Positions 18,854 through 27,586 of a stretch of DNA of 64,000 nt are shown here, piece by piece. The DNA is taken from positions 33,815 through 97,814 of the IMG/VR virus record IMGVR_UViG_3300011701_000001; one strand, 5' to 3'. The stretch's first letter is position 1, and each line of letters begins with the position of its first letter. The notes beneath the pieces are model-generated. The model was given only the letters and a program-made list of their open reading frames with translations. It had not been told where the DNA came from and ran no database searches. A program made the position numbers and the translations under genes. Origin of the DNA: a virus (lineage: Duplodnaviria; Caudoviricetes).

Positions 18854-18869
18854 ATATTAGGAGAAATAA

Positions 18870-19295
18870 GTGTCTTACGGTAAGATTATCCCAACAAACA
18901 AAGTTGTTGATGAAGTTTATGAGGAACATGTTAAACATAATGATAATGGGTTATTAACAAACAAGTTGAAATGCAATGTTAAACTCAATGTAGAACAAGT
19001 TGCAGATATTATTTGTTTGTATATTTTTGGTGTTCCAACACTACGCCTCAAAGATGTTTACGAGTATAATGTTGATGGGGTGATTCATCGAAGTAGTTAT
19101 CGAAACATTAAGATTCCATTTCAAAAATCACGTAAGAAGAAACTTGGTAAGATGGTTTTCACTTATGATAAAGAATTAGTTGAAGAGCACTTTAACTCTC
19201 TACCAGAGCATCTTAAAGGGTTGTCTGATGGAATTATTCGAGAAGATCGTCTAGTGAAAGTTACAAAGATTCTTAAGAGTGAAATGTGGATTTAA
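18870..19295 (+). CDS. hypothetical protein, possible HTH-like DNA-binding domain
   Basis: KLNVEQVADI...SYRNI resembles helical DNA-binding tails of phage HNH proteins. Confidence 0.45.
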   Translation: MSYGKIIPTNKVVDEVYEEHVKHNDNGLLTNKLKCNVKLNVEQVADIICLYIFGVPTLRLKDVYEYNVDGVIHRSSYRNIKIPFQKSRKKKLGKMVFTYDKELVEEHFNSLPEHLKGLSDGIIREDRLVKVTKILKSEMWI

Positions 19296-19312
19296 TTAAA
19301 TAGGAGATTGTT

Positions 19313-19639
19313 ATGGGTAAGATAAAAAACATGTTATTAAGCCTAATTCATTTTCTAAAGCTTTACAGTATAACGGAGATAATACCACATAAGTTTCCTG
19401 TGCCATATCAAGTATTACCTGAAACACGAAAGTTTAAGTTATATGAGATGGTTTGGTGGCGAAGTGAGAAGTGGTGGATTAAGAGTATTCACTGCACTTG
19501 TTACGGAGATTGTGAGGTGTGTTGGTTAGAGTTGGAAAACTATCCTTGCAAATGCAGTTCACACAATATACAATACGTTAATAGTCGAGAAGTTAAGAAG
19601 ATAATTAGGTGTGGAGAATCGAATGTACAAAGTTGGTGA
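19313..19639 (+). CDS. hypothetical Cys-rich protein
   Basis: SD AGGAG; CxC motifs. Confidence 0.55.
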   Translation: MGKIKNMLLSLIHFLKLYSITEIIPHKFPVPYQVLPETRKFKLYEMVWWRSEKWWIKSIHCTCYGDCEVCWLELENYPCKCSSHNIQYVNSREVKKIIRCGESNVQSW

Positions 19640-19829
19640 TACAGTGATGTTGGTCAAGATACTGGACAGTGAAGAACGAGGAACATTGACAGGTAAAGTT
19701 CCTTTAAGAACTAAAGGTGTTGTTAGTTATGTTTTTAAAGATAGTGTAGCTATTGATGATTATGTCTGGTATTTTGATGAGATCAAATTAGTTGTTCGTG
19801 GAGAAATAAATGCTAACAATGTTGTATGA
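19611..19829 (+). CDS. hypothetical protein
   Basis: YKVGD SH3-like start; coupled. Confidence 0.55.
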   Translation: MENRMYKVGDTVMLVKILDSEERGTLTGKVPLRTKGVVSYVFKDSVAIDDYVWYFDEIKLVVRGEINANNVV

Positions 19830-20145
19830 TGCAGACACACTAAAACCACAATTGCTGATTAGTGAAGATATTGAGAATGGTGATATTGGTAAGAAGTTTT
19901 GGGTGATTAATGGTTGTTGGGATGGAACATTCAATGGTGATAGTATTATTGTTCATCACCCATATTATGAAGATCATATTCCTAGTACGATATACAAGTG
20001 TTATAAGTTTAAATCTAAACCACCTGAAGAATACTATGAGTTGTACGAATCATATTACCCAGAAGATTTTCATGGTAGAATCTCCTATGAGCCGTGGTTT
20101 TCACACTTTAATGATTTAGTTGAGAAGGGAGAAATAATTAAATGA
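19810..20145 (+). CDS. hypothetical protein
   Basis: FWVINGCW motif; coupled. Confidence 0.6.
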   Translation: MLTMLYDADTLKPQLLISEDIENGDIGKKFWVINGCWDGTFNGDSIIVHHPYYEDHIPSTIYKCYKFKSKPPEEYYELYESYYPEDFHGRISYEPWFSHFNDLVEKGEIIK

Positions 20146-20399
20146 AAGAGTTTTCAAGAGTCTTGTATGGTAAAAAGTACACAGTTAGGAAAGGTGTTGT
20201 GTATGATCTGCTTATAGATGATGTATGGGTTAATTCTTCAAATAGTTTAGATAATATTCGTGGAGAGTTATTTGAATCTCTGTTGAATAGGTTGTACGAG
20301 GTTAGTCTTGGACAAGTGGTATTGAAGTCAGAGATCATTGAGTGTTATTATAAGGCAGAATTATTTATAGCTTGTTTTAAGCAAGATTTGGAGAGTTGA
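20142..20399 (+). CDS. hypothetical protein
   Basis: Overlaps upstream stop by 4 nt; SD GGGAG. Confidence 0.55.
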   Translation: MKEFSRVLYGKKYTVRKGVVYDLLIDDVWVNSSNSLDNIRGELFESLLNRLYEVSLGQVVLKSEIIECYYKAELFIACFKQDLES

Positions 20400-20795
20400 G
20401 TGAAATTAATTGATGATTTAGAAGCTACAAGAAATATTGCAATGATGCAACCTGATGGGAAAGATGTTAGATTTCTTAGTGACGTAATCCTTGTTAACCA
20501 TAAAGGAAGTTTGAGGAAAGTTTTAGATTACTTGAGTAAGTATGAGTTTTCTGTGCGGGAACAACAAGGTGTTGCTATTAAAGGTGATCATAATATTATC
20601 GTTAAGATTTACGATTCGATGAGTGATGATAATAACGGTCTTTGTGGTATTGAAATTCTTAAGGTTTACATTTATGATGCTGAAATAGACTTGGATGGTT
20701 TGTATTATTGTAGCACAAGAAAACGTTGTGATTTCGGAAGTCTTAGTAGACTGGCGTTTATATATGAATCAGATGGTTTTAGGGTAATTAATTGA
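20400..20795 (+). CDS. hypothetical protein
   Basis: Coupled ORF, SD GGAG. Confidence 0.55.
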   Translation: MKLIDDLEATRNIAMMQPDGKDVRFLSDVILVNHKGSLRKVLDYLSKYEFSVREQQGVAIKGDHNIIVKIYDSMSDDNNGLCGIEILKVYIYDAEIDLDGLYYCSTRKRCDFGSLSRLAFIYESDGFRVIN

Positions 20796-20879
20796 GGTGT
20801 ATCTAACAGTACGGTGATAAATAAAATGTACACTTATAAATGATAGTTTTAGTAAAATATTTTACCTTAAGGAGACATA

Positions 20880-21554
20880 ATGAGTTATCACAAAATAAAG
20901 ATATGTAAACACGATGTAAAAAGCCCTTTTAAACTGCAAGAAGAGTTTTTTGAATATTTGGATGCTGTAGCTAATAAAAACCCCATTATGGCTGTTCAGG
21001 AGCTTTCTGACTTGTATGGCTGTTTGGAGAATGAAATATCCAAATATGGTATGTCTGTTGAAGACTTGAAAAAGATGTCTGAATTAACGAAAAGTGTTTT
21101 TAAATCTGGCTTGCGTAAAAGCACACCATTCATCGAATATTTGAAAGATAACAGTGATAGTATTAAGTGTTTTGGACTTGGTTTTGTTCAGGTTAAATGT
21201 GGTGAGTTTAATTATAACTTTTACTCTGATAAAATTGAAAAGTTTTTAAACCATAAAGCACCTCATAATCACCAGCAAGATTTTGTTGGCGAAATCCTAA
21301 AAGGTGAGTTGAAAGAGACTCTTTATAATTTTGAAGAAGGTGTTTCAATAAAACACACAAAAGGTGAGTTGTATTTAAGGTTGAAAGATGAGTATCATTC
21401 TGTGTTAGGTGCTCACGGAACGGTGACTAAAGTGTACAGGATGGGTTCAAAATCTGACGCTTATGATTTATCGGAAAATACCTTGCACAATAATACAATT
21501 GACTATAGTGTAGATCAGCTTTGGAGTATTGTAGAGGATGTTTGGAATGTATGA
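20880..21554 (+). CDS. MazG-like NTP pyrophosphatase domain fused to cupin domain
   Basis: KLQEEFFEYLDA...QELSD (EExxE..ExxD); cupin PHNH...ILKG and GELY......YHSV. Confidence 0.7.
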   Translation: MSYHKIKICKHDVKSPFKLQEEFFEYLDAVANKNPIMAVQELSDLYGCLENEISKYGMSVEDLKKMSELTKSVFKSGLRKSTPFIEYLKDNSDSIKCFGLGFVQVKCGEFNYNFYSDKIEKFLNHKAPHNHQQDFVGEILKGELKETLYNFEEGVSIKHTKGELYLRLKDEYHSVLGAHGTVTKVYRMGSKSDAYDLSENTLHNNTIDYSVDQLWSIVEDVWNV

Positions 21555-22077
21555 AATAGATTTAAAAGTTTTGTATGAAGCTTTAAACCACTATAAAGAA
21601 CTTGGTTATAAGATGATACCAGCACCTTTATTGGTTGATGAAGATATTGTTTCTTTAACACTACCTGAAGGACGTAAAGCAAAAGAACATATAAATGGTT
21701 TGTTTTATGTTGGTAGTGCTGAACAATCAGCATATCAATTATACAAAGACGGAGTTCTTAGTTCAGGTAAATACATGCTATTAACACCGTGCCAAAGGGA
21801 TGAAGATATTTTAGATGAAACTCACCTAGAAATATTTTTAAAACTGGAGTTAATATCTTTAGGTGGTGAGTATTCCTCGATATTGAATGATGTTTTATCT
21901 TTCTATAATAATGACAAATGTGTTGTTATTAATACCTCACAAGGAGAAGATATAAATATTAATGATATAGAGGTTGGTAGTTTCGGAAGCAGAATTTTTA
22001 TGGGGACAAATTTCTGTTTTGGTACAGGAATAGCTCTACCAAGATATACACAAGCAATTAATAGGAGTGCAGCATAA
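21547..22077 (+). CDS. stand-alone class II aaRS-like (SerRS-type) catalytic domain
   Basis: Motif 1 GYKMIPAP, GSAEQ, motif 2 TPCQRDE..H..F.K.E, EVGS, motif 3 GTGIALPR; no tRNA-binding arm. Confidence 0.75.
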   Translation: MYEIDLKVLYEALNHYKELGYKMIPAPLLVDEDIVSLTLPEGRKAKEHINGLFYVGSAEQSAYQLYKDGVLSSGKYMLLTPCQRDEDILDETHLEIFLKLELISLGGEYSSILNDVLSFYNNDKCVVINTSQGEDININDIEVGSFGSRIFMGTNFCFGTGIALPRYTQAINRSAA

Positions 22078-22593
22078 ATGCGTATTCAGAAAGGAAAGGT
22101 TAGATTTAATAAGCGAGAGCTTTGGAACTTAGATAAACACCTCTCTAGAGTTATTGTTCAGGGGTTGGAACAGTTTAAGGGTATTCGCAAGAATACAATC
22201 CCACCTAACTTAGTTACTGAGGATGTTGATCCTGAAACGGGTAAAGAGGTTTATTGGGATTATTCTAGTGAATATTGTGAGGAACAATGGCAAGAGTTGT
22301 TAGATAAGATGATCTTTGCTTTCACAGAACATCCAACATATTTTAATATTGAACCTTATGATTTTCATTACGATGACTTATCACACCCTGAGAAGTTTCC
22401 TCCTGTTGTTTGGGAAGATCACCCTGTTTATGGTAAAGTTACTGAGTGGAGACAAATTCTAAAAGAAGGTGTCACACAAGAGGAAGTTGATGCTTGGTGG
22501 GAACGTAGTCGAGCATACGATGCTAAGATTAAGCGTAAGGTAAATGAAGGGCGAGAGTTGTTCATCAAATATTTTGATGACTTGTGGGATTGA
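22078..22593 (+). CDS. conserved phage hypothetical protein
   Basis: WNLD..L, W..LLDKMI.AF, G..LF.KYF..LWD pattern. Confidence 0.65.
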   Translation: MRIQKGKVRFNKRELWNLDKHLSRVIVQGLEQFKGIRKNTIPPNLVTEDVDPETGKEVYWDYSSEYCEEQWQELLDKMIFAFTEHPTYFNIEPYDFHYDDLSHPEKFPPVVWEDHPVYGKVTEWRQILKEGVTQEEVDAWWERSRAYDAKIKRKVNEGRELFIKYFDDLWD

Positions 22594-22637
22594 TTTAAAA
22601 ATCAGGATTAAGTTTAGAGTATTATTAGGAGTAAATA

Positions 22638-22877
22638 GTGGAAATTAAAGTGCATGAAAAGAGTGGTGATTACTTCACGGTAATCGAATTAGAGGGTGTT
22701 GATACAGATTGGGGAGCAATACACGGTATCTATACTTGTAGTTGTCACTGTATCCACCTTAAAACAGACCTAGATACTTTCATCTATGTGTATGGTGCAA
22801 CTACAGATTGTGTTGAGGAGGTTGCAAATAATATGGTTGAAGTAATTAACTCTAGAAAGTCACACAAAATATATTGA
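22638..22877 (+). CDS. hypothetical protein
   Basis: SD AGGAG. Confidence 0.55.
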   Translation: MEIKVHEKSGDYFTVIELEGVDTDWGAIHGIYTCSCHCIHLKTDLDTFIYVYGATTDCVEEVANNMVEVINSRKSHKIY

Positions 22878-22902
22878 CACAGATTTCAAAATTATGTATA
22901 TT
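22874..22902 (+). promoter_or_regulatory. sigma70-type promoter
   Basis: TTGACA-17-TATATT. Confidence 0.7.
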
Positions 22903-22939
22903 TGTGTCTCTTTAATATTATCGAACAAAGGATTTAAAA

Positions 22940-23251
22940 ATGTCTAACGAACAAAGTAAAGTTGTAACAAAAGTAATTGATGTACGTCATAAAGCACCAG
23001 ATCAAGCTATTCATGAATTGATGCAAGCTGCTAAAGATGGATTTGCTGTAACTAAGATTGCAACACGATTCAATCACACTCATGTTTATCTCGAAGCGAG
23101 TACCAAGCAAGTGCCAAAAACTGATGATGCTGCTAAAGAAGCAGTGGTAGAGAAAGAGGAAGATAAACCTGTAAAAACTACAGCTAAGAAAGCAACATCT
23201 AAAAATACTGCTACCAAGAAAGTTGAGCAGGGAGAAAAAGATGCTGAGTGA
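22940..23251 (+). CDS. hypothetical protein with Lys/Ala/Thr-rich tail
   Basis: KTTAKKATSKNTATKK; own promoter. Confidence 0.65.
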   Translation: MSNEQSKVVTKVIDVRHKAPDQAIHELMQAAKDGFAVTKIATRFNHTHVYLEASTKQVPKTDDAAKEAVVEKEEDKPVKTTAKKATSKNTATKKVEQGEKDAE

Positions 23252-23315
23252 TGGTTATGGTTTAGGTAAAGAAGGTTGGGATGGTAAACAATCTGAAGGG
23301 TATGGTCTAGGTTAA
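23241..23315 (+). CDS. 24-aa Gly-rich repeat peptide (not in ORF track)
   Basis: MLSDGYGLGKEGWDGKQSEGYGLG; SD GGAG 6 nt upstream; overlaps previous stop. Confidence 0.5.
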   Translation: MLSDGYGLGKEGWDGKQSEGYGLG

Positions 23316-23412
23316 CTAATGTGCGAAGCGTAGTGCATTAACAATGGATTGATGTTAAACATGGAAGTTTACTTATAAGTAGTTTAATTTAATATTTTAT
23401 TTAATTGGAGAT

Positions 23413-23712
23413 TTGAAGTTGAGTGTTCTAAATAAGTTAAATGAATTTATAATGTCGTTAGATGAGTACAGTTTTAACAAAGTTGAGTATCAAACTGCAT
23501 CATCTGGTTTGTTTTCAGAGACAACGGTTTTAATTAACGATACGAAGATTATTTTAGAAAAGATTGGTTCTGAGTTTAGTCTAACGGTTAACGATCAGAC
23601 CGGAGAGTTGAGTTTAGAGGAATATTTAGATTTGTATGACCGTTTTGCAGATGCTAATAGAGAAATGCAGGATGTTTTAAATTCAGAATTTTACAAAAGT
23701 TTGGAGAGTTAA
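23413..23712 (+). CDS. hypothetical protein
   Basis: SD GGAG, TTG start. Confidence 0.55.
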   Translation: MKLSVLNKLNEFIMSLDEYSFNKVEYQTASSGLFSETTVLINDTKIILEKIGSEFSLTVNDQTGELSLEEYLDLYDRFADANREMQDVLNSEFYKSLES

Positions 23713-23713
23713 T

Positions 23714-23983
23714 TTGTATAAAGCAGTTGGTGATGGATTGGTAGTTGAATACCAAGAACAAGAGAATATGTCCAGTGGTGGTATTGTATTAACAGGCACA
23801 GCAATGTCTACACCACATGATATTGTTCAGAGTAAAGTGTTAAGTGTTGGTAGTGGTGTCCCACAAAATAGTTTAATTAAAGTTGGTGATATTGTATTGA
23901 CATCTAAAGAGGCTTTAGTTAAACTTGATGACAACACTAGCAGTGTTAAGTGGACACGAGTTGTTGGGGTGGTCAATGGATAA
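23714..23983 (+). CDS. groES: GroES-like co-chaperonin
   Basis: GD..VV, SSGGIVL mobile loop, VLSVG.G, KVGD.V. Confidence 0.8.
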   Translation: MYKAVGDGLVVEYQEQENMSSGGIVLTGTAMSTPHDIVQSKVLSVGSGVPQNSLIKVGDIVLTSKEALVKLDDNTSSVKWTRVVGVVNG

Positions 23984-24218
23984 GTTAACAATGGAGCACA
24001 TCAAAAGCTTAATTGATGATGTTGAGTTTATCATAGACCCTCAAGTTATTGTCTGTAAGGTGAAAGTTGATGAAGCAACAGTGGTCGGTGTATCATACTG
24101 TTTCAGTAAATCATCTTACAATGAGGAAGCTGGTAAGAAATCGGCATACAATGATGCAATAAATCAGTTGTTTGATTTAGAAGCATATCACCAAAAACTT
24201 ATTCGTAGTGAAGTTTAA
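23976..24218 (+). CDS. Phage Gp49/66-family protein (Acb4-like nucleotide sponge candidate)
   Basis: T.EHI.SLI, V.G.S.C......N...G.K.AY.DA...L..LE.Y pattern. Confidence 0.65.
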   Translation: MDKLTMEHIKSLIDDVEFIIDPQVIVCKVKVDEATVVGVSYCFSKSSYNEEAGKKSAYNDAINQLFDLEAYHQKLIRSEV

Positions 24219-24237
24219 TTAAGAGTGGATAAGTAAA

Positions 24238-24753
24238 ATGGTTTCAGTATTAAAAATTGGTAATTTAGAATGGCTATCGGGAATAACTTGTGGAAAAACT
24301 AATATGACAAATCCTAATACAATTGAAATACATGGTGAAAAAACAATAGTTAAGCTTTGTGAGTTTGGAGCTGAACACAACATGGAAGGTTGCTCATTTA
24401 CTGAAATTGTTGAACGTCTGGTAACTGAGTACCAACGTGCCAAAGATATAATTCCTAAGAACCCTAAGTTCTTTAGTTATGATTTCGATGGTGAAGGTAT
24501 TCAGTTTCACAAAACCATAGATGAAGCCAAAAAGAATACTGAGGCAAACCTCGATCATTATAGAGATAGAGTTGCTGATGGTTTTAATGTTGTAGATGAT
24601 GGTAACTTTCATGATGTTTGCTATGGTGTTGTGCTTGGTTCTGCGGCTTATTCAGTTGATGAAGTGGTAACAGAAGAACATCATCAAAACGATGACTACA
24701 CAAAATATGAAGTTGGAACAGAAATTCTCAGTCTATATGTGGAAGAAGCTTAA
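24238..24753 (+). CDS. hypothetical protein
   Basis: 171 aa; FFSYD..G.G..FH.T..EAK, VCYGVVLG. Confidence 0.65.
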   Translation: MVSVLKIGNLEWLSGITCGKTNMTNPNTIEIHGEKTIVKLCEFGAEHNMEGCSFTEIVERLVTEYQRAKDIIPKNPKFFSYDFDGEGIQFHKTIDEAKKNTEANLDHYRDRVADGFNVVDDGNFHDVCYGVVLGSAAYSVDEVVTEEHHQNDDYTKYEVGTEILSLYVEEA

Positions 24754-24777
24754 TTAAGTTTAAAATAGGAGAAGTAA

Positions 24778-24903
24778 ATGTTAAACGTAAATGATTTTAA
24801 AAACCTAAAGAGTACAAAAGAAAGTCGTCTTAAACTTCTATACTTGTTGAATGATAAAGAGAAGCAAATTTTTAAGAACTTTGTTAAGAGTGTGGGTGTT
24901 TAA
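24778..24903 (+). CDS. 41-aa hypothetical protein
   Basis: SD AGGAG; MLNVNDFKNLK... Confidence 0.5.
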   Translation: MLNVNDFKNLKSTKESRLKLLYLLNDKEKQIFKNFVKSVGV

Positions 24904-24904
24904 T

Positions 24905-25165
24905 ATGACACCACACAATAAGTTCCTTGATTTTTTAGACACAGTTGAAAATGAACAAACAGAAGTCGTAATTGAAAGTGTTCCTGCTGATAAACACTGG
25001 ATTTCAACAATTGAGATCAATGGTGAAGAAGCTAAGTTATTGCGACTTAACGATAACTACATTTTTGTATTCAACGATGAAGCTCAGGTTTTGAATTTGA
25101 CTCAGTACAACAAGGTTGCTGAATCTTTTGAGAAAGTTTTAAAATTCTTACAAGGTAATAGTTAG
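24905..25165 (+). CDS. hypothetical protein
   Basis: Start refined to MTPHNK. Confidence 0.55.
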   Translation: MTPHNKFLDFLDTVENEQTEVVIESVPADKHWISTIEINGEEAKLLRLNDNYIFVFNDEAQVLNLTQYNKVAESFEKVLKFLQGNS

Positions 25166-25229
25166 TGTTTATGAGGTGTGATGCTATAAAGGTGTTGCAC
25201 CTCTTTTTGTACATATTTAAGGAGTTATC

Positions 25230-25481
25230 TTGAACAGAAAACAGAAGAAGCTTAAGCGACTTAAAGCTACATTCCACAAAGATCATTGCAATTGGTTGAA
25301 AGGTGGAAACCCTCGTAAATTTAGAAAGAAAACCTTTCGTGGTATTCTTGCATCGAGGGGTATCAGGGTCAGTCATAGGAAGCTGCGAGAGTTAAGTGAT
25401 AGAACCATGAAAGCATATTTAGATGCTTACAATGATGGTTCTTATCTAAATTGGAAGAAAGAAGATATTGTTGAGTTATAG
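25230..25481 (+). CDS. basic hypothetical protein
   Basis: SD AAGGAG, TTG start; K/R rich. Confidence 0.55.
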   Translation: MNRKQKKLKRLKATFHKDHCNWLKGGNPRKFRKKTFRGILASRGIRVSHRKLRELSDRTMKAYLDAYNDGSYLNWKKEDIVEL

Positions 25482-25490
25482 GAGTGTTAA

Positions 25491-26267
25491 ATGAAATACA
25501 TGGGTAGTAAAGCGAGAATTGCTAAACACATTTTACCAATCATGTTAGCGGAAGCAGAGAAACATGGGATTACTAAATGGGTAGAACCTTTTGTTGGTGG
25601 AGCAAATTCCTTACAGAAAGTTCCAAAGACTTTTGATCGCATTGGAATTGACAACAACAGATTCTTAATTGCAATGTACCAGTCTTTACAAAAGAATGGT
25701 TTTTGCTTCCTTGAGGATATTGATAAGGAGTTCTATTCAAATATTCGAGATTGCTATAACAATTCAACAACCTACACAAAAGATGGTGATGCTGTTGGTG
25801 ATGAACTTATTGGTTGGGTCGGTTTCATGGCATCAGCAAACGGTAGATTCTTTGAGGGTGGTTACAGTGGTAAGTCTAATACTAAAGTTGGTACTGTTAG
25901 AAACTACATTGATGAGAGTATTCGAGGGTTGAAAAAAGAATGGGATGATATTAAGGGTATTAATTTTGAACACGGAACATTTAGTGATTTTGATTTTAAT
26001 AACTCCTTAATTTATTGTGACCCACCGTATAAGAACACTAAACAATACTCAACATCTAAAGGTTTTGATTACGACTTATTTTATGATTGGTGTCGTAAGC
26101 AAAAAGAAAATGGTAATATTGTTTTTGTTAGTGAATATGAGATGCCAGAAGATTTTAAAGAGGTCTGGGCGCAAGAGGTTAAGAGTTCGTTGTCTGCCAA
26201 TGGTGTGACTGGTGGGAATAAAGTTAGTGTTGAGAAGTTGTTTCGTGTCAACGGAGGATTTAAATAA
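25491..26267 (+). CDS. DNA adenine methyltransferase (D12/Dam class)
   Basis: KYMGSK, EPFVGG (SAM binding), IYCDPPY catalytic motif. Confidence 0.9.
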   Translation: MKYMGSKARIAKHILPIMLAEAEKHGITKWVEPFVGGANSLQKVPKTFDRIGIDNNRFLIAMYQSLQKNGFCFLEDIDKEFYSNIRDCYNNSTTYTKDGDAVGDELIGWVGFMASANGRFFEGGYSGKSNTKVGTVRNYIDESIRGLKKEWDDIKGINFEHGTFSDFDFNNSLIYCDPPYKNTKQYSTSKGFDYDLFYDWCRKQKENGNIVFVSEYEMPEDFKEVWAQEVKSSLSANGVTGGNKVSVEKLFRVNGGFK

Positions 26268-26425
26268 TGGGTATGTTTGTATTTTTATTTAGTATGCTAA
26301 TGTTTGTATTGTTAGCTGTTATGGGAACAATGTGGTGTATTGTCCCCTTGTTAACAATGATCTTAGGGTGTTACCTTGTTGTGTATGTTGATAATAATTA
26401 TATCCCATCTGAGGGTGAGAAATAA
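26267..26425 (+). CDS. 52-aa membrane protein
   Basis: SD GGAGG; MGMFVFLFSMLMFVLLAVMGTMWCIVPLL... Confidence 0.5.
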   Translation: MGMFVFLFSMLMFVLLAVMGTMWCIVPLLTMILGCYLVVYVDNNYIPSEGEK

Positions 26426-26461
26426 ATGTGTTAAATAGTTGTTAAACTGTTCATAAGTGTA

Positions 26462-26490
26462 TTGACAATGATGAACAATTCAAGTATGTT
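26462..26490 (+). promoter_or_regulatory. sigma70-type promoter
   Basis: TTGACA-17-TATGTT. Confidence 0.65.
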
Positions 26491-26527
26491 TAGTATTCAT
26501 TTATTATAAAGTATATGGAGATGTTTA

Positions 26528-27331
26528 GTGTCATTAAATGCTCAACGCTACGGTGATCGTGGTAGTAAAAAGAACCGAAATAGTAACAATCGAAAAGCAA
26601 AGGTTGAGGGAACAACTGATAGTTTACCTAAGAACAAGTGGGAGGAGGATCGTAAAGCTAAGATTAAAGTTATTCACCCTCGTAGTGATGCTCAGAAGGC
26701 TTCATTGTGGTCTTTTGAGGAGAACATGGTAACTGTTAACTCTGGCGCGGTAGCAAGTGGGAAGACTGCGGTGGCTTGTTGGTGGGCTGCTAATCAGGTA
26801 GCACAAGGTAACTTCGATAAGATTATTATTGGTCGACCAACAACAAGATTAAATGGTCGAGATAATGGACATCGACAAGGTAGTTTACTTCAGAAGCTTT
26901 ATGGTTTCCATGCACCAATGATCGAGTACATTTCTGATGTTTTTGGTCGCAATGCTGTTGATATGCAACTTGAGAAAGGTACAGGTTGGGTAGAGATACT
27001 TGATTTCGAGGCGATGCGTGGAATTACTGTACGAAATCGAACAATCCTGATTCTAGATGAAGCACAACTGCTGTACCCAGACGAAGTGGATTGCCTTATG
27101 ACACGTTTAGGGGAGGGTTGTAAGATGATCTTGTGTGGAGACCCTAGCACCATGCAGAACGATAATAAAATCGAAATGAACGGGTTGCAGTATTTAGAAG
27201 AGATTGTTAGTCGTTATCATATTCCGAATATTGGTTTTGTTAAATACCGAATTAAAGATATTTGTCGAAGTGATTTTGTTTACGATTATGTTATTGCAAT
27301 GCAAGACTATCATAATTTAGACGTACAGTAA
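26528..27331 (+). CDS. phoH: PhoH-family ATPase
   Basis: GAVASGKT, IIIGRP, MRG.T, ILDEAQ, TRLGEG.K.ILCGD. Confidence 0.9.
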   Translation: MSLNAQRYGDRGSKKNRNSNNRKAKVEGTTDSLPKNKWEEDRKAKIKVIHPRSDAQKASLWSFEENMVTVNSGAVASGKTAVACWWAANQVAQGNFDKIIIGRPTTRLNGRDNGHRQGSLLQKLYGFHAPMIEYISDVFGRNAVDMQLEKGTGWVEILDFEAMRGITVRNRTILILDEAQLLYPDEVDCLMTRLGEGCKMILCGDPSTMQNDNKIEMNGLQYLEEIVSRYHIPNIGFVKYRIKDICRSDFVYDYVIAMQDYHNLDVQ

Positions 27332-27334
27332 TGT

Positions 27335-27355
27335 GAGGTCGAAAGACCTCCTTTT
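27335..27355 (+). terminator. intrinsic terminator
   Basis: GAGGTC-GAAA-GACCTC then CTTTT. Confidence 0.65.
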
Positions 27356-27367
27356 AGGAGTTTAACA

Positions 27368-27571
27368 TTGAAACAAGATGATCAAGACTTTAACGACTAC
27401 TACAATGCTGTTGTTGTATTAGCTATAGAAGCTGGTTTTAATCCTAAGTTTATTAAATATTATGAACTCGATATTAAAGATTATTACTACGATGGTTTAA
27501 CACCTCAAGAGTGCTTTGAGAAAGAGTTTTATGTAGGTGATGACTTAGAGATTAAATCTATTTTATATTGA
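27368..27571 (+). CDS. hypothetical protein
   Basis: SD AGGAG. Confidence 0.55.
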   Translation: MKQDDQDFNDYYNAVVVLAIEAGFNPKFIKYYELDIKDYYYDGLTPQECFEKEFYVGDDLEIKSILY

Positions 27572-27586
27572 TATTAGGAGAGATAA

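Noticed and set aside
23241-23315. Potassium-channel selectivity filter (GYG)
   Set aside because: Peptide is 24 aa with no TM helices or TVGYG context
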